A DNA stretch of 64,000 bases from contig NIVC01001680.1 in NCBI GenBank assembly GCA_002269645.1, positions 1 through 64,000 on the forward strand, in the 5' to 3' direction. Within the stretch, counting starts at the first letter, position 1. Each line of letters starts with the position of its first letter. Under the pieces are notes generated by a model. That model was not told the origin of the DNA. It did not search any database and saw only the letters and a list, made by a program, of their open reading frames with translations. Shown here one piece after another: positions 1-11,468 of this stretch. This DNA comes from Macrostomum lignano (lineage: Eukaryota). Made by a program: the position numbers and the translations under genes.

Positions 1-255
<255 letters not shown>

Positions 256-1232
256 CAGCAACAAGCTGACAAGCAGTTAAAAAGACCCAAAGTTCAGCCG
301 CAGCAGATCAGGATGATTGATAGGCGAGTTGCAGTTCAGCACGGCAGGCGCAGCCGGTAAGACAATGTTTGCACCCGGCTGGGTCAGATTTCTTTAAAGA
401 AAAAAATTGCAAACTGTTTGCTAGCTCTCGCAACTGAAGCTTTCTTAGAAGAAGACCAACAAAAGTCCGCAGAGGACAGAAATATTTGTTGAGCAACTAA
501 AAAAAACACTTCTTTGCCCTACCATTCAGTCCTGCACTGTGAAAGCTTTCAGTAAAAATTCCAGAAGGACTTGGAAACGCATTCAGAGCGAGGCAGATTG
601 CAGATTGTTTGCTGACAATGGCACAGCACACAGCATATAGCGACCCCTTTTAACGATCCTTTTCCATTCTGTGCATATGGCTCTCTCTCGGAAACACTTG
701 CCAAATGATTCCTGGAGGCCAGAATACGGCCGTAGGTGCGGTCGCGATCCAGCCAGCCAGGGCAGCAGACTCAATCACGACTCTCAAGGCACGGCGCGAG
801 GCAAATTCTAGTCCATTCTTGTCCATTATATACGCCAACCGGCTTGGCTTTCAAAAAAAGAAGCTTTCAACGTGAAAAGTGAAACTTCCCGTTTGTTGCC
901 AAAAGCGCGAGGCGTGCAGAGCGCTCTGAGCACAGAGTCTCTTGCTTTCAGTTTCCTTTCCGAGTTAAGCTTTAAAGTGCAGTTGGTTTTTCGCCTCAGA
1001 GATGCTTGCTAGGAGCGTACTGGTACGTTTCTACTTAAAAAGAGAAGAGCTTAGCAGAAACACGTGTGACTACTCAGTCAATCAGTAGCGTCTTTAGGGC
1101 ATTTAAATAATAATCTGAATAAAAATGACTTGCTTTTTTGGAAAACATTAAGAAATGGAGCATGACAAAAGTTATGACTATTTAGTGGCTATCAAAGTAG
1201 TGTCTTGTGGCTTTTGTGGACAAGAGAAGCTG

Positions 1233-2156
1233 TACATGATAGAAGTCATGTGTGTTTAAGGAACATGATAGAAGTCATGTGTGTTTAAGAAACATGATAG
1301 AAGTCATGTGTGTTTAAGAAACATGATAGAAGTCGTGTGTATTTAAGGAAAATGATAGAAGTCATGTGTATTCACAGAACATGATAGAAGTCATGTGCAT
1401 TCACGATGATAGAAGTCATGTGTATTCACAGAACATGATAAGAAGTCATGTGCTTTCACGGATGATGGAAGTCATGTGCATTCACGGAACATGATAGAAG
1501 TCATGTTTATTCACAGAACATGATAGAAGTCATGTGCATTCACGGATGATAGAAGTCATGTGTATTCACAGAACATGATAGAAGTCATGTGCATTCACGA
1601 TGATAGAAGTCATGAGTATTCACAGAACATGATAGAAGTCATGTGCATTCACGGAACATGATAGAAGTCATGAGTATTCACAGAACATGATAGAAGTCAT
1701 GTGCATTCACGGATGATAGAAGTCATGTGCATTCACGGAACATGATAGAAGTCATGTGCATTCACGGAACATGATAGAAGTCATGTGCATTCACGGATGA
1801 TAGAAGTCATGTGTATTCACAGAACATGATAGAAGTCATGTTTATTCACAGAACATGATAGAAGTCATGAGTATTCACAGAACATGATAGAAGTCATGTT
1901 TATTCACAGAACATGATAGAAGTCATGAGTATTCACAGAACATGATAGAAGTCATGTGTATTCACAGAACATGATAGAAGTCATGTTTATTCACAGAACA
2001 TGATAGAAGTCATGTGCATTCACGGATGATAGAAGTCATGTGCATTCACGGAACATGATAGAAGTCATGTTTATTCACAGAACATGATAGAAGCCATGTG
2101 CATTCACGGATGATAGAAGTCATGAGTATTCACAGACCATGATAGAAGCCATGTGT
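1233..2156 (+). repeat. Minisatellite, ~29-bp unit (ACATGATAGAAGTCATGTGTATTCACAGA) with shorter variants
   Basis: CATGATAG recurs at 1235, 1264 and onward; roughly 30 copies. Confidence 0.95.
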
Positions 2157-3885
2157 ATAAGTCAATATATTTTAATAGCGACAGTAACACCTAACATTTC
2201 AAACGGATTAAAAACTGTCCGCCATGATGCATCGATTGATCGATGCTTTTACCAAAATGATTATTTCGTCTTAAACGCGATTTTTCTCAATTCCCCAGCT
2301 TGCCAGCCTCCAGAAGAGTCACCGCCAGCCCTACACCAATTTCTGAGTGCGAGCCCTCAAGTTAATTAATGCGACGACGATCCGCGAGCGTTCGAAGCCA
2401 GCAGATGGTTTCACTTTCTTTCAACTAAAACAGTTTTTAATTTACGACTTCGCTGCGTCAGTGTTAAAGTTAGTTATGTCATATCGCGCCAGAGGAATGT
2501 TAGCTTCCTCGATTCACACCGCGTGGACAAGGCAGAAAGTTAGCAAAAAGGGGATCCGTGAATTCTCTCTGAGCCGCCACAGAGAGAGAGAAACGGCCCC
2601 TTCTTATCGCGCCTGTAGGTGAAATATAAAAAAAGGTTAACGAAACACAGAGAGAGAGATTGTTTACAAGGCGGGCCGGGCCAGTGAAAGTGAATGAGTG
2701 CAGGGAGGCACGAAGGGGAGCTGCAGGAGCGCCCCAGGGAGAGTGGCCGGTCGGCAGTTTCAGCTGCATGGCGCCTCCAGCCACGGCCGCCGCCGCCGCC
2801 GCCGCCGCCTCAGTGGCGCCCTCAGCTCATTTCGCCAGCCATGCCAAGCCGCCCCTCCTCGCCTCCAGCTGCATGCAGTCAGTGATTTCTCTGCCTACCC
2901 TCCGCCCCTGACCAGTCGGGATGCACCAGTCTGCCTGGCGTCACGTCCAGGTGTTGTTGCTGCTTTCTCGCCTACATGTATAGCAATCGACAAACGGGGA
3001 AAGAAAAAAATCGTAGATGATTTCTTCTGGTGACTGCGTGTCTGCTAATAACTTTGCATTGTTTCGCTTGAGAGGCCGCAGACTCAGACAAAACTGATCG
3101 TTAATGCAGCCCACCCAAGAGAGTCGTTAGCAAGTCTTTTTCAGGTAGGCCAACCGTCTGGACTGCGGGCCAAATAAAACAGGTGCCGACGGGGTTTTTA
3201 ATTACCTGGCTACTGTGTTTACCTGAGTAATTATACAGAGCTAAGCTCTTCTCCACAAGATACGAATGGAGGAGTGGGTCGCATGTATCCAGAAGAAAGA
3301 TTTTATATGGACAAAGTTAAAAATAGGGCAGACTGGAGTCTGAAATCTGCGAGGGCGACGCACTGTCTGGAGCAGCGACATCAACGTTAGCATGCACGCC
3401 ACAGCCATAGGCTGGCAGACGCGGAGCCATGCAGCTTCAGACAGCCAACCAAATCGCTCACGCAGTCGCCAGCAGAGAGAGGAGAGACAGGCAGATTTTG
3501 GGGAGTTACAAGAGTCTCCTGCGCGGCGGTGCGTCGTGTCGAGATCAAACCCAATAGGAGACTAAGAAGAAGGAGCTTTGAACTCTCCTCTGCCTGAGGC
3601 CGAAGGAATTTTCAAGTCCAATACAAGAGTTGGCGCCAGCGGCGGGAGACAGCGCATAGATAGATTTACTGGCTCTTGAGGTTTGGCGCGTTTTTAGCAC
3701 CGATCCGGCCGTTTGTCCGTCTGGCTCAAATATACGACTCTTATATTATTGAGCATTTCAGCCCCCGCGGAGAGTCACGGCACCAAAGCCGCACCTAGGC
3801 AGTACTCACTCAGCTCCAAGGCCTGCGTATATATTTGACTGATACAGCCATTGCATAAAAAATTCGATTCTAAAATTGCATCGAG

Positions 3886-6679
3886 ATGGCTCGAAAAGCG
3901 ACAGGTGTTCGGCATCTGCTGGCCACTCCGTCCATTTTGATCAGCCTGCTGGTATTCGGCCTCTCAGCTAGCGGCTCACCAGCCGAGGACTCTGGCGTGG
4001 CAGCGCTGGCGCTAACACCCACTGGCAGCGCATCGTCCAACGCTAGCAGCGACTCTTGGCAACGCCTGCTGTTCAACCAGGCCAAGTACGATCACAGGTA
4101 CGCTAACAGGAAGCCGAAACCGGAGCTGCCGCTGCTGCAGCCCAAGCAGCCGAGCGGCGACTCTGCTCCGTCGACTGCCGCTACTAACGTGCCATTCGAA
4201 GAGCAAGACTATCGCCTGGAGGAGGTGCTGATGCGGCCGGGACAAATGATCGAGCTGCTTGGTGAGAAAGCATGCAGTAAAATGCCTGACAAACCACAAA
4301 CCACATCAAAGCGAGTATCCGTGAGTCAGTGTAAACACTCCTGGGGTGAAATCACACAAGCCTCAAGTGCAAAAGAAATGCTTTGGCGCGAGATTCAGCT
4401 CTCAAGACCGCACGGCTCAATTAAAACTGCTGAACCTGCTAAAAGCCCATAAGACACCAAAAACCAACGGGACCATGCAGACGCAAGCTGTTAAAGTTAA
4501 TTGACAGGCCATTATACCAACCCAATTCGTGAAAAAATGAATAGAGAATTCATGTTAAGTTTATGACAGCTTCAAGCAGTAAAATTACCAATTAACAATA
4601 TTAACAAGCACAGAAAAAGAAACAACAGATAAGAAAAAACGCAACAAGCTGTAACTTTTAAGGCCATTATTTGTCTTTAAGAAAGTGAGATAAATTATGG
4701 TTAACATAAAATGGCTGTTTAAAAAAGTGCCGCTTTGTGGACTGAAATTAGTTAAAACGCAAATTGCCAATCGCGGGTCCAGCAAAATAATTGAAGTTCG
4801 TCAGTAATTAGTTAGCAAATTAGTTAATCTGTCAGTTAACCTTGGTAAAAGCTGCCGACCCAACAACAAATTCTAGGTTGCAAGTCAAATCTGTAGCTCA
4901 AATTGCTTGTTTTCTAAGAAAGCAGGCCTTAAATGCCAGTCTTAGCTCGTAAATAGCGAACGTGGCCTGTTGCAGTGCATTGGTACCGCGAGTCCCGACA
5001 GTCAGGCGCCGGGGCTGACACGAAATTCAGATAGGGTGGCGAGGCTCACGGCGACACAAGCGCTAATTGCTCCGTTTAAGGGGGGTTGGAGGTCTGGTAG
5101 GTGTCAAAACCAGTTCTGTGCGTACGGGGAGGGGCCCAGCCAGTCCATAACAAGCGCCACAGTCGGCAAACAGCCAATAAAGAAGAATGACGGCTTTGGC
5201 GGCCGCTAAATGGCCTATTTTTGTTTTTTCTCTCGCAAACTCGGACGATTTAAAAGCATTAGCAGGTACCGCTTTTTATTAGGAAGCCCTGCTACGCTCC
5301 CAACACGGAAAACAACAAATTGTTCACGCCCCTCACGCCGCTGCTGCTGCGCTACCAGCGTAGAGACACTCAAAACGTTTTGAAAAACCTTTTTTCTGAC
5401 TCGACCATCCTTAGAGGCCATGCAATTAATTATCCTGCAAAAACTCCAAAGTATTTGCTAATTAGTGCGGACACAGGAAAAATGAATATATATGGCTCGT
5501 ACATATAATCTCGTGTATTCTCTCAGTAAAACTCCAAGGCGTGACTCATAGCTCATCATTTATCTTAAGCCTCGACTGACTAAGCGTTTTTATATAATTC
5601 CCGAAAGCTTATTATTACTATACTATAGGGCCTGATGGATGAGATGCACAAAATTATCTAAGCATCCATTTTGTTATTGAGTCACGTCAAGCTTTCTTCT
5701 ATCAAGCGTGACTTGAGCATTATATAGTGACTAATCGGCATGAGAAAGCACATTCAAGTCTAGATAAAGACTGTTCTATGCAGTACATGCCTTGCAATTT
5801 ACGAGCCTCAGGATCGTAATATGAATGCTTCTCACTACATATGCCTTAGTTTGCTCGGCAGCCAGGTGCTCTAACAGAACCAGATAGCGATGTCCTTAGC
5901 AACACTAGCTTAGCAAGATGCCTCATTAATTACAGATGGTGATCGAGCAAGGAAGGGACTTCCAGTTGCTTCAAAACAAACCTCGTTACAGTTTTGAATC
6001 AAGGAGACATACGCAATAACAAAGTAACAATTCTGTCAAAAGCTTCCTGACGCATCCCTATCTGCGAATTCCAACCCATCCAGGCCTGTCCAACTACCTG
6101 CCTCGCTACATGCGATTCGAGAGGCCGCCAGAAGCCGCTAACAAGTGGGGCAGCAGACACTCGGCGACTTACGACAAGGACTACGACTACTATGACGTCG
6201 CGGATGATGAAGGGGACGACGATGACGACAGAGGCGGGCGTCGCGGCCAGAAGCCGAGTCTCGAGCAGCTGCTGATGGTGCCGCGCCGCTCCTCCAAGCA
6301 CCTCAGACGGAGGCGACATCGCGCCAGTCGCCGCGCTCGCCGCCGTCGGGACGAAAAGAACAACCAGCTGGCCTTCCTTCGCCGACCACAGCGTCGTCGG
6401 CTTCGACGCTACCTGCTGGAGGCCACGGCCTGTCGGGTGGCGCCTGGCTGGCGCGACCTCGGCAAGGCGTTCTGGCCGCGCTGGCTCCGACAAGGCGAGT
6501 GCCGGCAGCCTCCCAGCGGCAGTTGCTCCATCCCCAGTGGAATGCGCTGCCAACCAGACAGGAAGCGCCGGCTGTACGTGCTGCGCTACCTGTGCGCCAG
6601 GCACTGGCACAGGTCGCAGTGCCGCTGGGTGAGGCAGAGCATGCAGGTGCTGCGAAGCTGCAAGTGCAGCTGCAGCTGA
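3886..6679 (+). CDS. nog: Noggin (secreted BMP antagonist), 2 exons, ~323 aa
   Basis: Exon 3886-4261 (donor G|GTGAGA, phase 1) joins exon 6084-6679 (acceptor CCAG|GC), giving MIELLG-LSNYLPRYM, which matches the noggin LRxLLGxxYDPxFM motif. Has a signal peptide and a C-terminal nine-Cys domain with WRDLGKAFWPRWLRQGEC...CSIPSGMRC...CKCSC. Confidence 0.9.
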
Positions 6680-7056
6680 GCCGCCGGGAGGTGCCGCTTC
6701 ACGGCTTACAGTCAGTGACCGATGTTACAATTTTTATCACAACTATACCAGTATAATCTGTGAATAATGATATTTAGTGGGGCATACCGGTATTTAGCAG
6801 AGGGCCGAGGCAATCATGAAAAGGAAAAGTAGAAAGACGCTTGAGTTTATCAATCACTAAAAGTTAAAAGAAATCACCTGAAATTTTGAACTGCAAACAA
6901 AGCATGCACCGGTGCTTTTTCGGAGGTTGATTCTCAAGCTTGTCAAAAAAAGCTCAAAATAACACCCGATGAAAACAGTATCCAGGCCAAGAAGCATCCC
7001 AGAGTCACTTGTGTCACCCCAGAGTCGTTTAGTCGTAAAAATAATATGACATATAG

Positions 7057-7296
7057 GTGTTAGCCAGGACTGGGTTTTGACCACAGACATGCTACCTTTT
7101 TCAACAATTAAAGTCGGTCTACGAGCAATCTATCTCATCCAAAGAACACAAGTACACATATGCTCTATGTCATTTCCTGCACTGGATAAGATATTATGGT
7201 GATTTGAAGACCGTAGCATTCTGAAAACCATATTTGGATGAGATATATTGATAATAGAGAGCATGTCTATGGTCAAAACCCAGCCCTGGCTAACAC
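7057..7296. mobile_element. MITE-like element with 37-bp terminal inverted repeats
   Basis: 7057-7093 GTGTTAGCCAGGACTGGGTTTTGACCACAGACATGCT is the reverse complement of 7260-7296 with 2 mismatches. No clear target-site duplication. Confidence 0.55.
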
Positions 7297-8449
7297 TGTG
7301 TGCTATGTTCTGTCTGAGATTGGTTGCTTGTAGGCTGATTTAGAATGAAAAAAACCAATATTGCGTCCTACTTCGGTTGCCCGTGAGAAAACTACACTAT
7401 AAAAGACAGGAGCAACTCAACCTTTGCCGGAACTTTGCTCATTAGAAGCTTTGACAAGCCTGTTTGTCAACCTCAGACAAAACACACATACCCTCGCTAC
7501 ATTTCTCTCAATTTAGTGCTAAGAAAACTGAAAACTTCCCACCTATCAGCCTTCTAATTAAATTGTCAATGGCTCAGGCCTCATTAAGCAACAACCCACA
7601 GACAGGAGGGTCTAGATTAAGCATAACAGTGCGAATTTCACTTACATTTAATTAGTCTCCCCCACTCCTCCGCGGGAAAACCAACCTCAATTTAAAATAA
7701 TTATTTTTTCAAACAATTCTGCACTTGGAGAAACATGACAGCAGGCGATGCATCTAGAAAACCGTTACCTCATCATTAGCACCTGCAATCTTCATTTACT
7801 ATCACCGTTTTGTGTCTGGACATATATGCAGCTGTTTTTTGTGTTAAAAAGAATAAATACACTGCAATAGCTTAAATGCCGTTTGAAGGACGCGAACATT
7901 TTAATTAATTATTATATTTATGCCAATCATTAAAAACCCGAAAGCCCAGGAACATTGAATCAAGCCAATTAGCTTAACTAATAATAAAATAAATGACAAA
8001 GAAAGTTAAAACAGTAATTCGTTTAAAAAATCAATATGCACTACTCACTTGATTGCTGGCAAGTAGTGTGCATACAAGCCAAAAAATTATTTTATTAAAA
8101 TACCAACGGAAGATCAATCTTCTATTAGTTCGTAGGGTCGAATTGATTTATTTCAGCAAAGTTTTTAGACTAAATTTAAGCTAAGAAGTTCAGACACAAT
8201 GATGTTTGTCCTACACAGGAAATGTCGGTAACAAAGGTCTTAAATAAACAAGCTCATTCCTCAACAATACGAAGGAATATACAAACCAAACATAAGTTGA
8301 AGATGCACAAATGCTTGATTAGGCTCCAGTCTAGGGTGGCTTCGAGTCTATTTCAATTTTATTGCTTTAAACGAACATACGTTCTCAGCCAAAGTCAATA
8401 TTTAGGAACATATACTCGTAAAATGAAGGAAGGCTTGTAGTAAAGAGGT

Positions 8450-9395
8450 GGAAAGTGAGGGAGACAGGGGCGATAATGAGGCTATGAGACGAGAAAAGAG
8501 GGTGAGAGGGAGACATTGTGAGAGAGATAAAGGGTGAGAGGGAGACGTTATGGGGGGCAGGGAGTGTGAGGGAGACAGTGAGAGGGAGACAGGTCGAAAG
8601 GGTGGAGACAGTGAGAGGGAGACAGGGTGAAAGGGTGGAGACAGTGAGAGGGAGACAGGGTGAAAGGGTGGAGACAGTGAGAGGGAGACAGGGTGAGAGG
8701 GAGACAGTGTGAGGGAGACAGTGTGAAAGGGTGGAGACAGTGAGAGGGAGACAGGGTGAGAGGGAGACAGTGAGAGGGAGACAGTGAGAGGGAGACAGGG
8801 TGAAAGGGTGGAGACAGTGAGAGGGAGACAGTGAGAGGGAGACAGGGTGAAAGGGTGGAGACAGTGAGAGGGAGACAGTGTGAGGGAGACAGGGTGAGAG
8901 GGAGACAGTGAGAGGGAGACAGGGTGAGAGGGAGACAGTGAGAGGAAGACAGTGAGAGGGAGACAGGGTGAGAGGGAGGCAGTGAGAGGGAGACAGTGAG
9001 AGGGAGACTGGGTGAGAGGGAGACAGGGTGAGAGGGAGACAGGGTGAGAGGGAGACAGTGAGAGGGAGACAGGGTGAGAGGGGGACAGTGAGAGGGAGAC
9101 AGTGAGAGGGAGACAGTGAGAGGGAGACAGGGTGAGAGGGAGACAGTGTGAGGGAGACAGGGTGAGAGGGAGACAGGGTGAGAGGGAGACAGTGAGAGGG
9201 AGACAGTGAGAGGGAGACAGGGTGAGAGGGAGACAGTGAGAGGGAGACAGGGTGAGAGGGAGACAGTGAGAGGGGGACAGTGAGAGGGGGACAGTGAGAG
9301 GGAGACAGTGAGAGGGAGACAGGGTGAGAGGGAGACAGTGAGAGGGGGACAGTGAGAGGGGACAGTGAGAGGGAGACAGTGAGAGGGGGACAGTG
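8450..9395 (+). repeat. Purine-rich minisatellite of 14/16-bp units (GAGACAGTGAGAGG / GAGACAGGGTGAGAGG)
   Basis: Direct tandem array; source of the spurious 333-aa and 285-aa minus-strand ORFs. Confidence 0.95.
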
Positions 9396-9545
9396 AAAAG
9401 CACACTCTAACTGTAATTAAGGGTCAAGTGAGAGGACTAAGGAACTGGAACCTGACTCTTACCTCGCTAAACTATGAAAAACGCCACGCGATGCACAAGC
9501 AAATGCCACTTGATCAAAGGCAAAGCACTAAAGAGAGATAAGCAT

Positions 9546-9899
9546 TCAACTTCCAGTAGGTCTGGCAGCTCCGCTCTGCTGTACAGCTGCAGCAGCCTTA
9601 GCCGCGGTGTCCGACTGCTGCTGGGAAATCTGCTGCAGTTTGTTACCGACAACCTCGTGCAGCTCCATGTATTTGGCAACGCAGCGGTCGATGCAAACAG
9701 CCTCAGCTTTGGTTAGTTCCGTGTCATTATAGCTGGGCTGCACGCATTTGGTGTTGCACGACTCCATCACTCTGTTATAGAGATCCTGCATCATCTCAAC
9801 TTCCAGCATCTGCTGGCTCACTAGCAGTCGCTCGTCTGGCGAACCGCTGGGCGGCCGCCCCGCCTGCTGCTGAGAGCCGCCACCGAGACCGAACCAAGA
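9546..9899 (-). CDS. TIMM10: Mitochondrial import chaperone Tim10, main exon; the ATG-bearing 5' exon was not securely located
   Basis: [36 protein letters not shown] has the twin CX3C motif of Tim10. Acceptor TTGCAG|TCT at 9900/9899 (phase 0) gives (M)SWFGLGGG. One candidate ATG|GTAAAT micro-exon end at 10926-10928. Confidence 0.88.
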   Translation of the reverse strand, partial: SWFGLGGGSQQQAGRPPSGSPDERLLVSQQMLEVEMMQDLYNRVMESCNTKCVQPSYNDTELTKAEAVCIDRCVAKYMELHEVVGNKLQQISQQQSDTAAKAAAAVQQSGAARPTGS

Positions 9900-9945
9900 C
9901 TGCAAGTTGGGCCAAGCTTTGCATTGTTAGTGCAGTCACAGGAAC

Positions 9946-10830
9946 TACTGATACTACTGGCTCTACTGATACTACTGGCTCTACTGATACTACTGGCCCT
10001 ACTGATACTACTGGCCCTACTGTTACTACTGGCCCTACTGTTACTACTGGCCCTACTGATACTACTGGCCCTACTGTTACTACTGGCCCTACTGATACTA
10101 CTGGCCCTACTGTTACTACTGGCCCTACTGATACTACTGGCCCTACTGATACTACTGGCTCTACTGATACTACTGGCCCTACTAATACTACTGGCCCTAC
10201 TGATACTACTGGCTCTACTGATACTACTGGCCATACATGCGCAACAGTCGGCCGAGTCGGCCAATCCGGCCGACCGATTTGGCGGCCAACCAAGGAAGTC
10301 GCAAAAATGCCCACCCAAAAAACACCCAAGAAGTAGTACTAAGTAGCTGACGAGGCATTTTGGCTTAATAAGACAGTCATAGTTACTCCTGCCGTTTACC
10401 CAAAGTTGCGGTAATTTTGCTTTAGGATTTTTTTACATGTAAGTCGCATTTTTGGCTAAAAACTACGTCGCATTTTTGTTAAACTAAGTCGCACGGCCGA
10501 CCGAATTTTGGAGATTGCGCATGTATGCTACTGGCCCTACTGATACTACTGGCCCTACTGATACTACTGGCCCTACTGATACTACTGGCTCTACTGATAC
10601 TACTGGCCTTACTGATACTACTGGCCCTACTGAATGATACTACTTATACTACTGATACTACTGGCCCTACTGATACTACCAATACTACTGATACTACCAA
10701 TACTACTGATACTACCAATACTACTGATACTACCAATACTACTGACACTACTGATATTACTGCCACTACTTATACTACTGATACTATTGACACTACTCAC
10801 ACTACCGATCCTACTGACACTACTGATAAT
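9946..10830 (+). repeat. 18-bp minisatellite (ACTACTGGCCCTACTGAT), split by a MITE, probably in the Tim10 intron
   Basis: Arrays at 9946-10231 and 10528-~10830; the second degenerates towards its end. Confidence 0.92.
10232..10527. mobile_element. 296-bp non-autonomous hAT-type MITE
   Basis: 13-bp TIR CATACATGCGCAA (10232-10244) / TTGCGCATGTATG (10515-10527). 8-bp TSD CTACTGGC at 10224-10231 and 10528-10535; the duplication is out of register with the host minisatellite. Confidence 0.85.
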
Positions 10831-10933
10831 ACATCACTCTATTTTTGACAAGGCAAGTGCAATTGCAAATGATTCATAGAGTCACTTATAAGATTCCTAA
10901 TAACTTATTTATCTTTTCCATTTACCATTTAGA

Positions 10934-11260
10934 TACAAGGGGTGTCCCAGAAGTAGTGTCACTTTTGCAAGACAGTTGCAAGTTCGAGGCTGGCCAGCAG
11001 TATGTTTTGCCAACTTACCCAAAGGTGGTGGTTGGCCTTTGATATCTACAGCCAGCCTCAAACTGTTTGATCAACCTGTAAACTGTTTGTTGACTAATGG
11101 AATTGGGACCATGAATGCGGGTCAGGTTTTTGCGAATTTCAGGGCATTTCTGACCAAGACTCCAAAGTGTAAAAATTGCATGTCTCTGCCCTTTGGTAGA
11201 GTGAATGTTAGGGTTCACGACATGAACAAATCTTGCAGCTGCTGTCTTGCAACCCTTCAA
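10934..11260 (-). mobile_element. Internally deleted mariner/Tc1 remnant (N-terminal HTH plus one TIR)
   Basis: Minus-strand QRHAIFTLWSLGQKCPEIRKNLTRIHGPNSISQQTVYRLIKQFEAG resembles the mariner HTH. TA-CAAGGGGTGTCCCAG TIR-like end at 10934. Confidence 0.7.
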
Positions 11261-11424
11261 GATTGGTTGCTATGCTAGCAAGCTCAAGTCAGTTGTTTCA
11301 CTTGCTCTAAAGGGCTGGTGTTGTTTACCAAATTTGCTGCTCTGAGGATCAGAGATGGCCTAACAAAGAGCCCAGAGGTTTGAAACTGGTAGACCATATT
11401 CAAAAAAATTTAAACATGCCATGA

Positions 11425-11428
11425 CATT

Positions 11429-11462
<34 letters not shown>
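11425..11462 (+). repeat. (CT)n microsatellite
   Basis: Direct dinucleotide run. Confidence 0.9.

Positions 11463-11468
<6 letters not shown>

Noticed and set aside
583-700. CRLFADN resembling a LINE reverse-transcriptase xADD motif
   Set aside because: The second Asp is absent and no other RT motifs flank it.
4262-4452. C-terminal part of the 188-aa ORF 3886-4452
   Set aside because: Intron read-through; noggin homology resumes only after splicing at 4261.
8402-10879. Long Leu/Ser/Pro, poly-LLLILLA and Thr-rich ORFs
   Set aside because: Translations of minisatellites lacking stop codons.
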